A DNA stretch of 31,791 nucleotides, taken from the UHGV virus genome UHGV-1970909; one strand, given 5' to 3'. Source of the DNA: a virus. Below are positions 1 through 8,271 of the stretch, in pieces. Numbering within the stretch: position 1 is the first letter of the stretch; each line of letters opens with the position of its first letter. The translations under genes were made by a program, and so were the position numbers. The notes below the pieces were generated by a model that saw only the letters and a list, made by a program, of their open reading frames with translations, was not told the origin of the DNA and did no database searches.

Positions 1-1
1 C

Positions 2-55
2 TACCTGCGTGAGCGTACTGGTAAGGCTGCTCGTATCAAAGAGCGTCTTAACTAA
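2..55 (+). CDS. 3' end of a host protein-coding gene (partial; C-terminus ...YLRERTGKAARIKERLN, stop TAA 53-55); identity not recognised
   Basis: Frame-2 open reading frame enters from the window start and ends at TAA 53-55; its last 14 nt are the att core duplicated at the other prophage end; a hairpin terminator follows. Confidence 0.4.
   Translation, partial: YLRERTGKAARIKERLN
42..55. repeat. Left att core copy (AGCGTCTTAACTAA), identical to 31737-31750
   Basis: Exact 14-bp direct repeat (17 bp with one mismatch) at both prophage ends; the left copy forms the last codons and stop of the host ORF. Confidence 0.55.
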
Positions 56-93
56 TACAGCGCTTTCGCAACATCCGAAAGCTTGTAGAAAAC

Positions 94-130
94 AAGGGGT
101 TAGCGTAATGCTAACCCCTTTTCTTATTTT
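94..130 (+). terminator. Rho-independent terminator downstream of the host ORF (phage-supplied)
   Basis: 11-bp perfect stem AAGGGGTTAGC (94-104) / GCTAACCCCTT (110-120), 5-nt loop, followed by TTCTTATTTT. Confidence 0.6.
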
Positions 131-131
131 A

Positions 132-170
132 ATGTCCACGAAATGTCCACGCAGATCGTGGTATGTCCAC
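132..170. promoter_or_regulatory. Integrase arm-type binding site cluster: three direct copies of ATGTCCAC
   Basis: ATGTCCAC at 132-139, 143-150 and 163-170 (plus degenerate TGACCAC at 174-180); the same 8-mer occurs twice at 31623-31641. Its reverse complement GTGGACAT resembles the TGTGGACA arm-site repeat I recall for P2 integrase. Confidence 0.5.
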
Positions 171-185
171 GATTGACCACAGTGA

Positions 186-217
186 ACAGAAAATAAAAAA
201 ACCTGCCGAAGCAGGTT
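186..217 (-). terminator. Rho-independent terminator of ogr
   Basis: Immediately after the ogr stop (218-220) on the minus strand: stem AACCTGC (200-206) / GCAGGTT (211-217) with a 4-nt loop, followed on the minus strand by a U-run (plus-strand A-run 191-199). Confidence 0.6.
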
Positions 218-436
218 TTAAAGCCAGAGTTGATGTTGCTGATATCTGGTGGGGTGGGGCGGTGCCGGTTCAATTTCACCTGGTTTAACGATGAAGCGGG
301 CGAGGGTCTCATGAGTTACAAAAGTGCATCCACAGTTGATGTTTTGGCATTGATGGTAACGTTCTTTTGTTTCAGAGCTTAAGTACCGGCTTGACCGTGC
401 ATGGGCTGCATCCTGACATAACGGACAATGCATCAT
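218..436 (-). CDS. ogr: Ogr-type zinc-finger late-gene transcription activator (72 aa)
   Basis: Translation MMHCPLCQDAAHARSSRY...KERYHQCQNINCGCTF has the C-x2-C...C-x4-C arrangement and strongly resembles the P2 Ogr sequence as I recall it; located at the end of the tail operon as in P2. Confidence 0.92.
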   Translation of the reverse strand: MMHCPLCQDAAHARSSRYLSSETKERYHQCQNINCGCTFVTHETLARFIVKPGEIEPAPPHPTRYQQHQLWL

Positions 437-468
437 AATCTTTCCCCCTCTTTTGCTGACTTGTGGGG

Positions 469-497
469 ATAATAAACCTGCAACTTACATTTGCAAG
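469..497 (-). promoter_or_regulatory. Candidate sigma70 promoter for ogr (-35 TTGCAA, 17-bp spacer, -10 TATTAT on the minus strand)
   Basis: In the D-ogr intergenic region: minus-strand TTGCAA (492-497) and TATTAT (469-474) with a 17-nt spacer, about 30 nt upstream of the ogr ATG, which is preceded by a GAGGGGGAAAG Shine-Dalgarno. Confidence 0.45.
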
Positions 498-513
498 TTA
501 TTGTTTGCTTTTT

Positions 514-1677
514 TTAATCCTCATCTTCTTCATACTCAACATCTGTAATTTTGACTTCCAACTCTAAGCCCGTCGTGAAGCCACTCCCGTTAAGGCTATG
601 CACCACACGGCTGACTATCCATGCTTGCTCGTCTATAACGCGCTTAAAGCCCTTCACCGCAACCGGTGTTTCAGGAAATAAATCAGCGCGGCCAGTGGCG
701 AGCGTAATCGAAAATTCCGCCACCCCTCGCTGTATCCTGTCCCACTTCGCCTGAGCTGCGCGCATGGCCTGCACCTTTGTCGCGTAGATGGTCGTGAGTT
801 CCAGAACATTGTCGGACTCACCGGCCATATACTCACCTTCCCGCGCTTCCTGCTCCTTTTTCTTTTTAGCCTTTGCCGATGTTTTGGCGGCCTTCGGGTG
901 CTGCAACGCACGCAGGTGCTGCTCTTTGGGTTTGCGTTTGAGCTTCACCTTTTGCTTTTGCGGTTTTGGGTCTCTGGTGTGCAGCCATTTAGCCGTGACG
1001 CCGGTGTATGCCTCGCGGTCGGCAATGGAAAACTGATGTCGGTCGCCGTCACCGCGCTCGACCGTCATTTGTGGGACAGGCTTGCCACTGGCCGTCATCG
1101 CGCTACCGGCTTTCAGGAATAACAATTTCCCGGCTTTGACCGAAACCGTTGCCCCGTTACGATCCGCCAGCCGGGACAAAAACGCCGCGTCGGATTCCTG
1201 AGACTGGTCGATATGCGGTACAGCAACAGATTTCAGGGTGTCAGCCACGCTGGCCGTCAGTTTGTTACGCTGCGCGATAGCCTCAACAATCACCCCGAGC
1301 CTGGTGTCGTGCCATGACTGTTCCCGGCGCGAGTTCAGCGTCCCGCGAAAATCCGCGCTGCGTCCCCGAATGGTCAGCCTGTCAGGCGCGCCCCGGTGCT
1401 CGATTTCGTCGACCGTGAAACTCCCTTTGTTTATCAGCGCGGAGCCCTGCCAGCCCAGCCACAGTGTCAGCGACGCCCCGCGCGGTGGTAGCTCAACCAG
1501 CCCGTCAGTATCATCAAGCTCAATATCGAGTTGATCAGCCTCAAATCCGCGATTGTCGGTCATGGTCAGCCCGATAAGCCGGTCGCTGAAATTCTGTGTG
1601 ATATCTGCGCCATTGAGCGTGAGCATAAAGCCAGGGGCGATGCACGCACCGGCCTGAATATTCATTCCCGTTATCAT
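514..1677 (-). CDS. D: Tail protein gpD (late control gene D family), 387 aa
   Basis: Position between U and ogr and length match P2 gpD; 4-nt overlap with the upstream gene; basic lysine-rich linker as in gpD homologues. Confidence 0.9.
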   Translation of the reverse strand: MITGMNIQAGACIAPGFMLTLNGADITQNFSDRLIGLTMTDNRGFEADQLDIELDDTDGLVELPPRGASLTLWLGWQGSALINKGSFTVDEIEHRGAPDRLTIRGRSADFRGTLNSRREQSWHDTRLGVIVEAIAQRNKLTASVADTLKSVAVPHIDQSQESDAAFLSRLADRNGATVSVKAGKLLFLKAGSAMTASGKPVPQMTVERGDGDRHQFSIADREAYTGVTAKWLHTRDPKPQKQKVKLKRKPKEQHLRALQHPKAAKTSAKAKKKKEQEAREGEYMAGESDNVLELTTIYATKVQAMRAAQAKWDRIQRGVAEFSITLATGRADLFPETPVAVKGFKRVIDEQAWIVSRVVHSLNGSGFTTGLELEVKITDVEYEEDED

Positions 1678-2138
1678 CCTGTCAGCCCCCCGAGCCAGTT
1701 ACCGGCAGACGTGACCAGATTATCAGCCTGCGTTTTCAGGTCACCGTAGATAGCCGCGAGCGAATCATCCACCCGCTTAAGCGACAGGCTAAACTCGATT
1801 TTTTTAGCCGCGCCGTCGCTGAATAACTCGGTGTGGATGTGAGTCACTTTATCGATAACATACATCCCGTGGATCATGCCGGTTCCGTCAATCAGCGGCC
1901 ATGCGCGCCCCTCGTCGGCCATCAGTTCGATGGCCGTCAGTGACAGACGCCCGCCGGTGATTTCAGGGTAAAGCGTGCCCGACAGGGTGCGCGAGGTTTC
2001 CCCCTCCCCGAGATACTGATAAGCCGGTGGTTTTCCGATACGGTCATTTGACACCCAGCGGTAGTCCTTAGAATACTGCATTGACTGATGCGGCAGGGTG
2101 CGCCGTTCAAACACAAAAAATCCCAGCACCATAAGCAT
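1674..2138 (-). CDS. U: Tail protein gpU, 154 aa
   Basis: Synteny (T-U-D) and size as P2 gpU; translationally coupled to D (ATGA overlap). Confidence 0.88.
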   Translation of the reverse strand: MLMVLGFFVFERRTLPHQSMQYSKDYRWVSNDRIGKPPAYQYLGEGETSRTLSGTLYPEITGGRLSLTAIELMADEGRAWPLIDGTGMIHGMYVIDKVTHIHTELFSDGAAKKIEFSLSLKRVDDSLAAIYGDLKTQADNLVTSAGNWLGGLTG

Positions 2139-2151
2139 TTTTATCCCTCCC

Positions 2152-4593
2152 TCAGTCGAGTCTCATACTGGATCGCTGGCGCGCACGTTTCTCGCGGTCA
2201 AGTTTGTCAACGGCGTCACGGAGCTGGCGGTCAAGATCACTGCCCGGCGCGACCCCACCCTGCAGATTGATGTTGTATTCGCTTTTGCTCTGGTCGATAT
2301 AAGACCGGCCTGCGGGTGCTGTAACCAGCTGATACGCCTGATAGCCGCCATAGCCTGCGGTCGCAGGGATATACCCGCCATTCGTGGACGCCTTATCCGC
2401 TTTCGCGGCCGTCTGGTCGAGGTCGCTGGATTCTTTTTTGATAATGCCGAGTTTTTCCAGCAGCCAGCCGACCTTGCCGCTCAGGCTGTTAAACATATTG
2501 AGCGGCAGCATCAGCGCATCAGCCAGCGCCTGACCAAAAGTAACGCCGACATTTTTGCAACTGTTGAGCGTGTCCTGCGTGGCTTTCACCGGCGCAAGCA
2601 GGTCTTTAAACCACTGGCAGACGACACCCAGCTTTTCAGCGATGGCGTCAAACACCGGCGCGAGCGGAGTAAACATGTCCCCCACCGGTGCAAAGGCGGC
2701 TTTCAGTCCCTCCACCACGCCTGAGAAGAATGCACCGAGCGGCTTCCAGTATTTACGGATCAGCAACGCACCGGCCACGACTGCACCGGCTACCGCCAGC
2801 ACCGGCAGGCTGATTGCGCCAATGGCCGTGACAATCGCGCCGCCGACCGTACTGAAAACCACACCGAGTACGCCAGCCGCCGCAATGATGGCATTAATCC
2901 CCATCACCACCGGCCATGCGACAAGGCCAATCCCGCCCATCACACCGATCAGCGCCAGCGCACCCCCGACCACCACGCCGAGAGTGGTCGCCAGCCCCTG
3001 ATTTTTCTGGATCCAGCCGTCGAGCCTGAGCACATATTGCGTGGCTGTCTGCGTCAGCTTACGCAGGGAGCCCTCCTGCTGATCAAACAGGTCAGTCCCG
3101 ACCGCCTCATAGGCTGACTGAAACTCTTTAAAGTCGCCGCCGAGGTTATCCTGCATCACCTTAACCAGTTCCTCAGTCTTACCGTCCGAGGCTTTAAACG
3201 CGGCGGTGAGCTGGTCGAGCTTGCCGCTTGATGCGGCGGCCATCAGAACGGCGGCCGCCGAGCTGGCTTCTTCACCGAAAATGGTTTTCATGTATTCGGC
3301 TTTCTGACCCGTTCCGAGATTGTTTTTCTCAAAACTGCGCTGCATTTCCTTCAGGATGGAAAATATCGGGCGCGTGTTGCCTTTGCTGTCGCTCGTTTTA
3401 ATGCCGAGCTCTTTGATGGCGTCATAGGCTTTACCGGTCGGCGCCTGCAGGCGACTCAGAACGGCACGGCTCCCTGTACCCGCCATCGAGCCGGTGATTT
3501 TGGAATCGTGCAGCGCCCCCACCATTGCGGCGGTTTCTTCGATACTCACCCCGGCATTTTTCGCCACCGGCGCGGCATAGGTCAGCGCATCGCTCATCCC
3601 GTCAAAATCAGCGGCGGTTTTGTTCATCGTCATCGAGAGAACATCGCCAATATGCGCGACTTTATCGTTAGAGAGCTGGAACGCGGATTTCATGCCGGTC
3701 AGCAGCGCGGCGTTTTCTTCCATCGTGCGCTTGTTCGACAGTGCCATGTTCAGCGTGACCGGCGTCGCCGCCTGAATGGCCGCCGCATCGCCGCCGCTTT
3801 TGGCAATGATAATCTGCGCACCCGCCGCATCATCGGCAGAGGCAGCGGTATTGTCACCAAGCTGGCGCGCCTGTTTACGCAGCGCCTGCATTTCGGGCGA
3901 CTGTTTGTCGACACCGAGCACGGCCTGCAGCTCAGAGTTTTTCTGTGCAAATTCATAACCCGGCGTCATCAGCTTAACCCCGGCGAGGGTTCCTGTTGTC
4001 GCAATACCGACACTGGCCGCGCCAGCGGCCGCCATGCTACCGGCAAGCGATTTACCGGCCTGATACCGCTCTTTCACCCGGCTTAACTTCGCCTGTTGTG
4101 CGCTGACTTTCGCCAGTGCCTCACGCTGACGATTGAGCTGCGCGGTGGTCTCACTGATGCGCGATTTAAGTCCCCGCTCATCATTTGCCAGATTACGGGT
4201 ATTAATTCCCGCCGCACCGAGCTCGCGTTGCTGGCGTTTAACAGACTCCGTGAGGCTGTTGTATTTCGTCTGCAGCCCTTCGGCGGCACGCTTCGCGGAT
4301 TCAAGAACCTGCGCCTGCGCGCGCGTCGGGCGCTCGGTGTTTTTAAACTGCGTGGCTAGTGCTTCGGCTTCCTGTTTCGCTTTCTCAAGCGAGTGACCGG
4401 TTACGGCAAGCTGTGCGCTGGCTTTGCGGAATCCGTCAATACGGGACGCCTGCGCGTTAAGTTCGCGCAGGCTTTTCTGTGAATTGCGGATATCACCGGA
4501 CAGGGATTTGCTGGCGTTCTGAATCGCTTTAAGCGGGCGGCTCGCCCGGTCGACGGCGTTCAGCAGCACCTCGATTCTGACGTTATTGCTCAT
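2152..4593 (-). CDS. T: Tail tape-measure protein gpT, 813 aa
   Basis: Long Ala/Gln-rich coiled-coil N-terminus, glycine-rich hydrophobic central segment, position downstream of E/E'. Confidence 0.92.
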   Translation of the reverse strand: MSNNVRIEVLLNAVDRASRPLKAIQNASKSLSGDIRNSQKSLRELNAQASRIDGFRKASAQLAVTGHSLEKAKQEAEALATQFKNTERPTRAQAQVLESAKRAAEGLQTKYNSLTESVKRQQRELGAAGINTRNLANDERGLKSRISETTAQLNRQREALAKVSAQQAKLSRVKERYQAGKSLAGSMAAAGAASVGIATTGTLAGVKLMTPGYEFAQKNSELQAVLGVDKQSPEMQALRKQARQLGDNTAASADDAAGAQIIIAKSGGDAAAIQAATPVTLNMALSNKRTMEENAALLTGMKSAFQLSNDKVAHIGDVLSMTMNKTAADFDGMSDALTYAAPVAKNAGVSIEETAAMVGALHDSKITGSMAGTGSRAVLSRLQAPTGKAYDAIKELGIKTSDSKGNTRPIFSILKEMQRSFEKNNLGTGQKAEYMKTIFGEEASSAAAVLMAAASSGKLDQLTAAFKASDGKTEELVKVMQDNLGGDFKEFQSAYEAVGTDLFDQQEGSLRKLTQTATQYVLRLDGWIQKNQGLATTLGVVVGGALALIGVMGGIGLVAWPVVMGINAIIAAAGVLGVVFSTVGGAIVTAIGAISLPVLAVAGAVVAGALLIRKYWKPLGAFFSGVVEGLKAAFAPVGDMFTPLAPVFDAIAEKLGVVCQWFKDLLAPVKATQDTLNSCKNVGVTFGQALADALMLPLNMFNSLSGKVGWLLEKLGIIKKESSDLDQTAAKADKASTNGGYIPATAGYGGYQAYQLVTAPAGRSYIDQSKSEYNINLQGGVAPGSDLDRQLRDAVDKLDREKRARQRSSMRLD

Positions 4594-5052
4594 GATGGCT
4601 TCCGCTTCGTTGCAGCGCCTTATCGCGCCATGTCAGGAGCTCGGTCACGCTCAGGGAATTCAGCTCTGATGGCGGCCAGTGGAAGATCACCGCGATATCC
4701 GCCATCAGGTCATCGACCGACAGTTTTTCCGGGAAGGTCAGCGACCCGAAGCCGGTGACAAAAAACCAACCACCTTACCAGCCAGCGAAATCAGGTCTGA
4801 CGCATCCAGACGCGCGAGTTCGTGCTCGGTCAGTGCCGGATATGTCATACGCGGCAGCACCTTAATCAGCGCATCAACGTCGGAATTTGCCAGCGAGGCC
4901 AGCGACACCCCGCGCAGGGTTCCCGCATTCGGTTTGGTTAGCGTGACCTGCTCAATTTTCTGCTCACCGCGCATCAGCGGGGTGTCAAAAATAACGACAT
5001 TCGGATTGACGTTTTCAGTGTCAGCAACAGCAGTTTCATTGATATTTTTCAT
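4583..5052 (-). CDS. E+E': Frameshift fusion product gpE+E' (about 156 aa), made by -1 slippage at 4759-4765
   Basis: Hand translation of the -1 frame after the slippery site gives about 59 further codons without a stop, ending at TAA 4583-4585 and overlapping the T start, as in the conserved P2 E/E' arrangement. Confidence 0.6.
4738..5052 (-). CDS. E: Tail assembly chaperone gpE (zero-frame product)
   Basis: 104-aa ORF between FII and T; its 3' end contains the slippery heptamer T_TTT_TTG. Confidence 0.85.
   Translation of the reverse strand: MKNINETAVADTENVNPNVVIFDTPLMRGEQKIEQVTLTKPNAGTLRGVSLASLANSDVDALIKVLPRMTYPALTEHELARLDASDLISLAGKVVGFLSPASGR
4759..4765 (-). promoter_or_regulatory. Programmed -1 ribosomal frameshift slippery site T_TTT_TTG (E to E')
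   Basis: Minus-strand TTTTTTG in the correct phase (GGT TTT TTG in the E frame), 6 codons before the E stop; the -1 frame stays open to a TAA at 4583-4585. Confidence 0.65.
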
Positions 5053-5106
5053 GCGAATTTCTCATCAGGGTAAGTGACCGGCCAGCCCCGCTGACCGGTT
5101 GAGGGA

Positions 5107-5625
5107 TTACAGGCCAATTGCCTTGCGGTGCTCTGCCATACGGTCGACACCATCGACTTTCAGCACCATGTTGATCACGTCAATTTCAATGACTTCTTTG
5201 CCGTCGATCGTGAGCTGGTAATAGGCGCACTCGGTCGCCATTTTGGTCGTGCCGCTTTCGCCCTGCTTGTTCTCACCGCCGTCGTATTCTTTATGACGGC
5301 CACGCATCACCACTTCGACGGCAGAAATCGCGCCGGTGTCGTCACGCTGATAAGAGCCGGTAAAACGCAGCGGCACGCTGTCAGCACCCGGCGAGGCGTA
5401 CTGCGCCCACAATTCAATGTCAGGCAGACCGCCGAGCGTCCACTCAAGCGACAGCGCATCGTCATCGAGGCCGAGGTCAACCGACACCGCCCCCGGCATT
5501 CCGCCGCCGCGATATTTCTCCAGCTTGCGGGTCAGTTTTGGCAGGGTGACGGATTCAACAACGCCCATATAGCTCAGGCCATCGTTGAACATATTCAGGT
5601 ATTTCAGTTTGCGGGGTAACGCCAT
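5107..5625 (-). CDS. FII: Tail tube protein gpFII, 172 aa
   Basis: Synteny directly downstream of the sheath gene; size matches P2 FII. Confidence 0.92.
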   Translation of the reverse strand: MALPRKLKYLNMFNDGLSYMGVVESVTLPKLTRKLEKYRGGGMPGAVSVDLGLDDDALSLEWTLGGLPDIELWAQYASPGADSVPLRFTGSYQRDDTGAISAVEVVMRGRHKEYDGGENKQGESGTTKMATECAYYQLTIDGKEVIEIDVINMVLKVDGVDRMAEHRKAIGL

Positions 5626-5637
5626 GCTCAGAGCTCC

Positions 5638-6831
5638 TTAGCTGTTGACCGAATCCGACAGGTTCGCCAGATAGGTATCGGTGATGCGCTGGCGCAGGGT
5701 CAGGTTTTCCAGCGGCGGGACGGGGGTGTAGTCGTAATCGATATACAGTTTCCCCACTTTCAGGGTCGCGGTGTCGTTCGACTCCGGGTCGTACCAGCAC
5801 AAGCCGTCAACGATATAACCACTGGTTTTCAGCTCGCGGAATTTGGCATTGATACCGGAAACGATGTCACGAATGAGGGTCGGGGTAATGGGTTTATCCA
5901 TCGCCCACGCGTGCGCCTCCGCCATCGTGTCGGCCAGCACCTGCGCGGTGCGGGTGTAGTTCTCAAACAGAAAAAGCGGATCATCCGAGCAGGTACGGTT
6001 TCCCCAGAATTTGAAACCATCATTGCGGATAAGCGTGGTGACACCGGCCTGATTCAGCAGGTTGGCGTCGGTCGCCGGTTCCTGCAAATCCCACGACACC
6101 GAGGCGCTGACGCCGGTCACACCGTTAACACCGACGTTTGACAGGGTTTTATGCCAGCCGACCGTCTGGTCGATTTTGGCACGCAGGCCGAGTGCGCGCG
6201 CCGTCGCCCAGGCTGTTGCTGTCGCGTTCGCCGTGGTGTCCCATGCCAGAAAATCAGGGAAGATGACCATCAGCTCGCGCTGGCTGAAATTCTCGCGGTA
6301 GTTGATGGCATCGGAAATGGTTTTACAGCCCCACGCGCTGATATAGCCAAAGGCGCGCAGGCTCTGACAGGTGGACGCGAGCGCGGTCGCCACTTCCTGC
6401 GAATCCAGCCCCGGCACGCCGAGAATCCGTGGCTTAACGCCGGTGACGGTTTTCGCCGTCAGCAGGGCTTTCAGCCCGGTATATTTGCCGTTTTCGTCGG
6501 TGGTGCCGATGATATTGGAAATGGTTTGTTTGTGCGCCGCCTCGGGGTTCTCCGGGTCTTCAATACCTTCGGCCACACGCACGGCCACGATGACCGGCTT
6601 GCACTGGTCAGCGATAGCCTGCAGGGACGTCGACAGCGTGCCCTGTTTACCGGCTTTACCGATAGCGCTCTGCACGTTCGTAATGAGCACCGGCTCATTG
6701 AGGGGAAATGTTTTTTCGTCAGCATCGCTGGCCGTACAGACCATGCCGATGATGGCCGTTGAAACGGTGGAAATGGTGCGGACGCCATCGTTAATCTCGA
6801 TGACCTGCACGCCGTGATGATAGTCACTCAT
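5638..6831 (-). CDS. FI: Contractile tail sheath protein gpFI, 397 aa
   Basis: Start placed at MSDYHHGVQVIEIN (residue 67 of the six-frame ORF), which resembles the P2 FI N-terminus as I recall it; the upstream 66 codons of the ORF are a spurious 5' extension. Confidence 0.92.
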   Translation of the reverse strand: MSDYHHGVQVIEINDGVRTISTVSTAIIGMVCTASDADEKTFPLNEPVLITNVQSAIGKAGKQGTLSTSLQAIADQCKPVIVAVRVAEGIEDPENPEAAHKQTISNIIGTTDENGKYTGLKALLTAKTVTGVKPRILGVPGLDSQEVATALASTCQSLRAFGYISAWGCKTISDAINYRENFSQRELMVIFPDFLAWDTTANATATAWATARALGLRAKIDQTVGWHKTLSNVGVNGVTGVSASVSWDLQEPATDANLLNQAGVTTLIRNDGFKFWGNRTCSDDPLFLFENYTRTAQVLADTMAEAHAWAMDKPITPTLIRDIVSGINAKFRELKTSGYIVDGLCWYDPESNDTATLKVGKLYIDYDYTPVPPLENLTLRQRITDTYLANLSDSVNS

Positions 6832-7057
6832 CCGTTTAACTCCGTGGTTAAGGGGTGAGTGATATTTTCTGTTGTGTGGCAGGTGCGGGCTATTTGTCAG
6901 GGTTGGATAAGGTCTGACACAACAGCGGTGAATATTCGGGCTGTCACGATATTTGTCAGTTAATTTGGGTAATTTTATGTAATCATATGTTGTGAAAGCG
7001 CATCGGGATGATGCAAAAACATAATGCAATACAGATGATTACTGTTCAGGGCTGGTC

Positions 7058-7642
7058 ATGTTTAAGTACGTTTTAGCACTAAATTTTATTTTTTTTGGCA
7101 ATACACACAACCTGATGAATTACTGGAAAGCGGAGGTTATCAGAAGAGAGAAATTTTCACTGCACCGTCTTTTAAGAGAGAAAAAACACCGGGGCAGAAA
7201 TTTTATTTTTTGGTGGCGCCTGGCAAATGAAATGTATTTGAATGGTGGGAAAATACACAAAAAAGCAGCAAAGCAAATCAATGCTCACCTGATGGAAAAA
7301 TTTGGCTGCGAAATATCACTTGGTGCAAATATTGGCAAAGGAATAAAAATTCCACATCATCATGGAATTGTCATTCATCATTTGGTAGACATAGGTGAAA
7401 ACTTAGTCATACGCCAAAACACAACAATCGGTCAAAAAGACAGCGATGGTAAATCCTTCAAATTGCACATTGGGGATAATGTTGATATTGGTGCAAACAC
7501 ATGTATTGTTGGCCTGAATCATACAATTGGAAATAATGTGAAAATTGGAGCGATGTCATTCGTTAACTGTGACATCCCGGATGATTGTACGCTTGTTACG
7601 ACTAAAACGACCCGATTCATTAGCCATAACAACATATCATAA
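7058..7642 (+). CDS. Cargo gene: left-handed beta-helix (hexapeptide-repeat) acetyl/acyltransferase, CysE/WcaB-like, 194 aa
   Basis: Translation contains tandem hexapeptide repeats (IGANIGKGIKIP..., IGENLVIRQNTTIGQKD, IGDNVDIGANTCIVGLNHTIGNNVKIGAMSFV); AT-rich; opposite strand to flanking tail genes; sits at the P2 Z/fun position between G and FI. Exact start uncertain. Confidence 0.7.
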   Translation: MFKYVLALNFIFFGNTHNLMNYWKAEVIRREKFSLHRLLREKKHRGRNFIFWWRLANEMYLNGGKIHKKAAKQINAHLMEKFGCEISLGANIGKGIKIPHHHGIVIHHLVDIGENLVIRQNTTIGQKDSDGKSFKLHIGDNVDIGANTCIVGLNHTIGNNVKIGAMSFVNCDIPDDCTLVTTKTTRFISHNNIS

Positions 7643-7652
7643 CGTTGGTGTC

Positions 7653-7688
7653 ATAAAGGGTAGCCTAATTATTATGACTACCCTTTAT
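7653..7688. terminator. Bidirectional hairpin terminator between the convergent acetyltransferase and G genes
   Basis: 11-bp perfect stem ATAAAGGGTAG (7653-7663) / CTACCCTTTAT (7678-7688), lying between the stop codons at 7640-7642 (+) and 7696-7698 (-). Confidence 0.55.
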
Positions 7689-7695
7689 GCGAGTG

Positions 7696-8271
7696 TTAAA
7701 TTTTATCCGGCCAGATAATGTCTGGTGCCTCGTCAGGAACAACCCGGTTTAGTAGTACCCTGTATTGTTTCCATGCCTTTAATTGCGAGATTTCACTCTC
7801 TGTTGCCATGTCAAAATCGACAGCGTCCTGTAAAGTCGCAATATTCTCGTTTGCATTTTTTAAAAGTGTATTTTTTAAATTCTTCGCATCCTCAATCTGT
7901 GCATTTTGCTTTGCAACCGCATCATCAACCCATACTTTACCATTCCATTTTTGCCACTGATTTTCAGGTGCAGCGGTTGTCGTCCCTGCCGGATATTTAC
8001 CCGGTTCGGTTATCTCCACCTGGTGACCTGTTTCAGTGTCATAGACAACCTCACCCCGATGGTCTTCAGTGGTATTCCAGCGCCCGTTTTCAGTGTCGTA
8101 AACGGGAATACATCCCGCGCTGGTTTCTGGCGGTTTTTCACTGGTACAACAGGCAGGAAGTCCGGTAAATGGTGGGATCAGTGCGTCACCTTTTTCAATA
8201 AATTCACAGGTATCTGCGCGATAGTTATAAACGGTAATTGTCCGGCTTTTCCCGGTCATTTTGAAAGTCAT
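7696..8271 (-). CDS. G: Tail fibre assembly chaperone gpG, 191 aa
   Basis: Immediately downstream of and 1-nt overlapping the tail fibre gene H; size and position as P2 G. Confidence 0.85.
   Translation of the reverse strand: MTFKMTGKSRTITVYNYRADTCEFIEKGDALIPPFTGLPACCTSEKPPETSAGCIPVYDTENGRWNTTEDHRGEVVYDTETGHQVEITEPGKYPAGTTTAAPENQWQKWNGKVWVDDAVAKQNAQIEDAKNLKNTLLKNANENIATLQDAVDFDMATESEISQLKAWKQYRVLLNRVVPDEAPDIIWPDKI

Noticed and set aside
1-130. tRNA or tmRNA gene at the integration site
   Set aside because: No cloverleaf-like or CCA-ending structure is evident; the att core coincides with the last codons and stop of a protein-coding ORF.
132-170. ATGTCCAC direct repeats as transposon or IS terminal repeats
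   Set aside because: Same 8-mer in the same orientation at both prophage ends next to the att cores and an integrase gene; there is no transposase or inverted terminal repeat. Integrase arm-type sites explain them better.
2098-2724. Long plus-strand ORFs antisense to conserved late genes (e.g. 2098-2724, 3508-4086, 6151-6762, 10617-11417, 15555-16055, 19160-19900) and minus-strand 20862-21674 antisense to P
   Set aside because: They lie entirely within and opposite to syntenic, length-conserved P2-family genes; GC-rich DNA commonly yields long spurious antisense frames, and none has a plausible start context.
5638-7029. N-terminal extensions of six-frame ORFs for FI, V (11761-12504), N (17825-18922), P (19944-21743), lysB (15130-15669), X (16257-16529) and cI (28859-29503)
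   Set aside because: Internal Met starts give products matching P2/186 protein lengths and N-termini and produce the usual stop/start overlaps; the upstream parts overlap neighbouring genes or begin at TTG.
6832-7057. Exact Ogr operator (TGT-N12-ACA) upstream of FI
   Set aside because: I could not find an exact match by eye; only the related nested dyads and the shared 12-mer are reported, as a finding rather than a called site.
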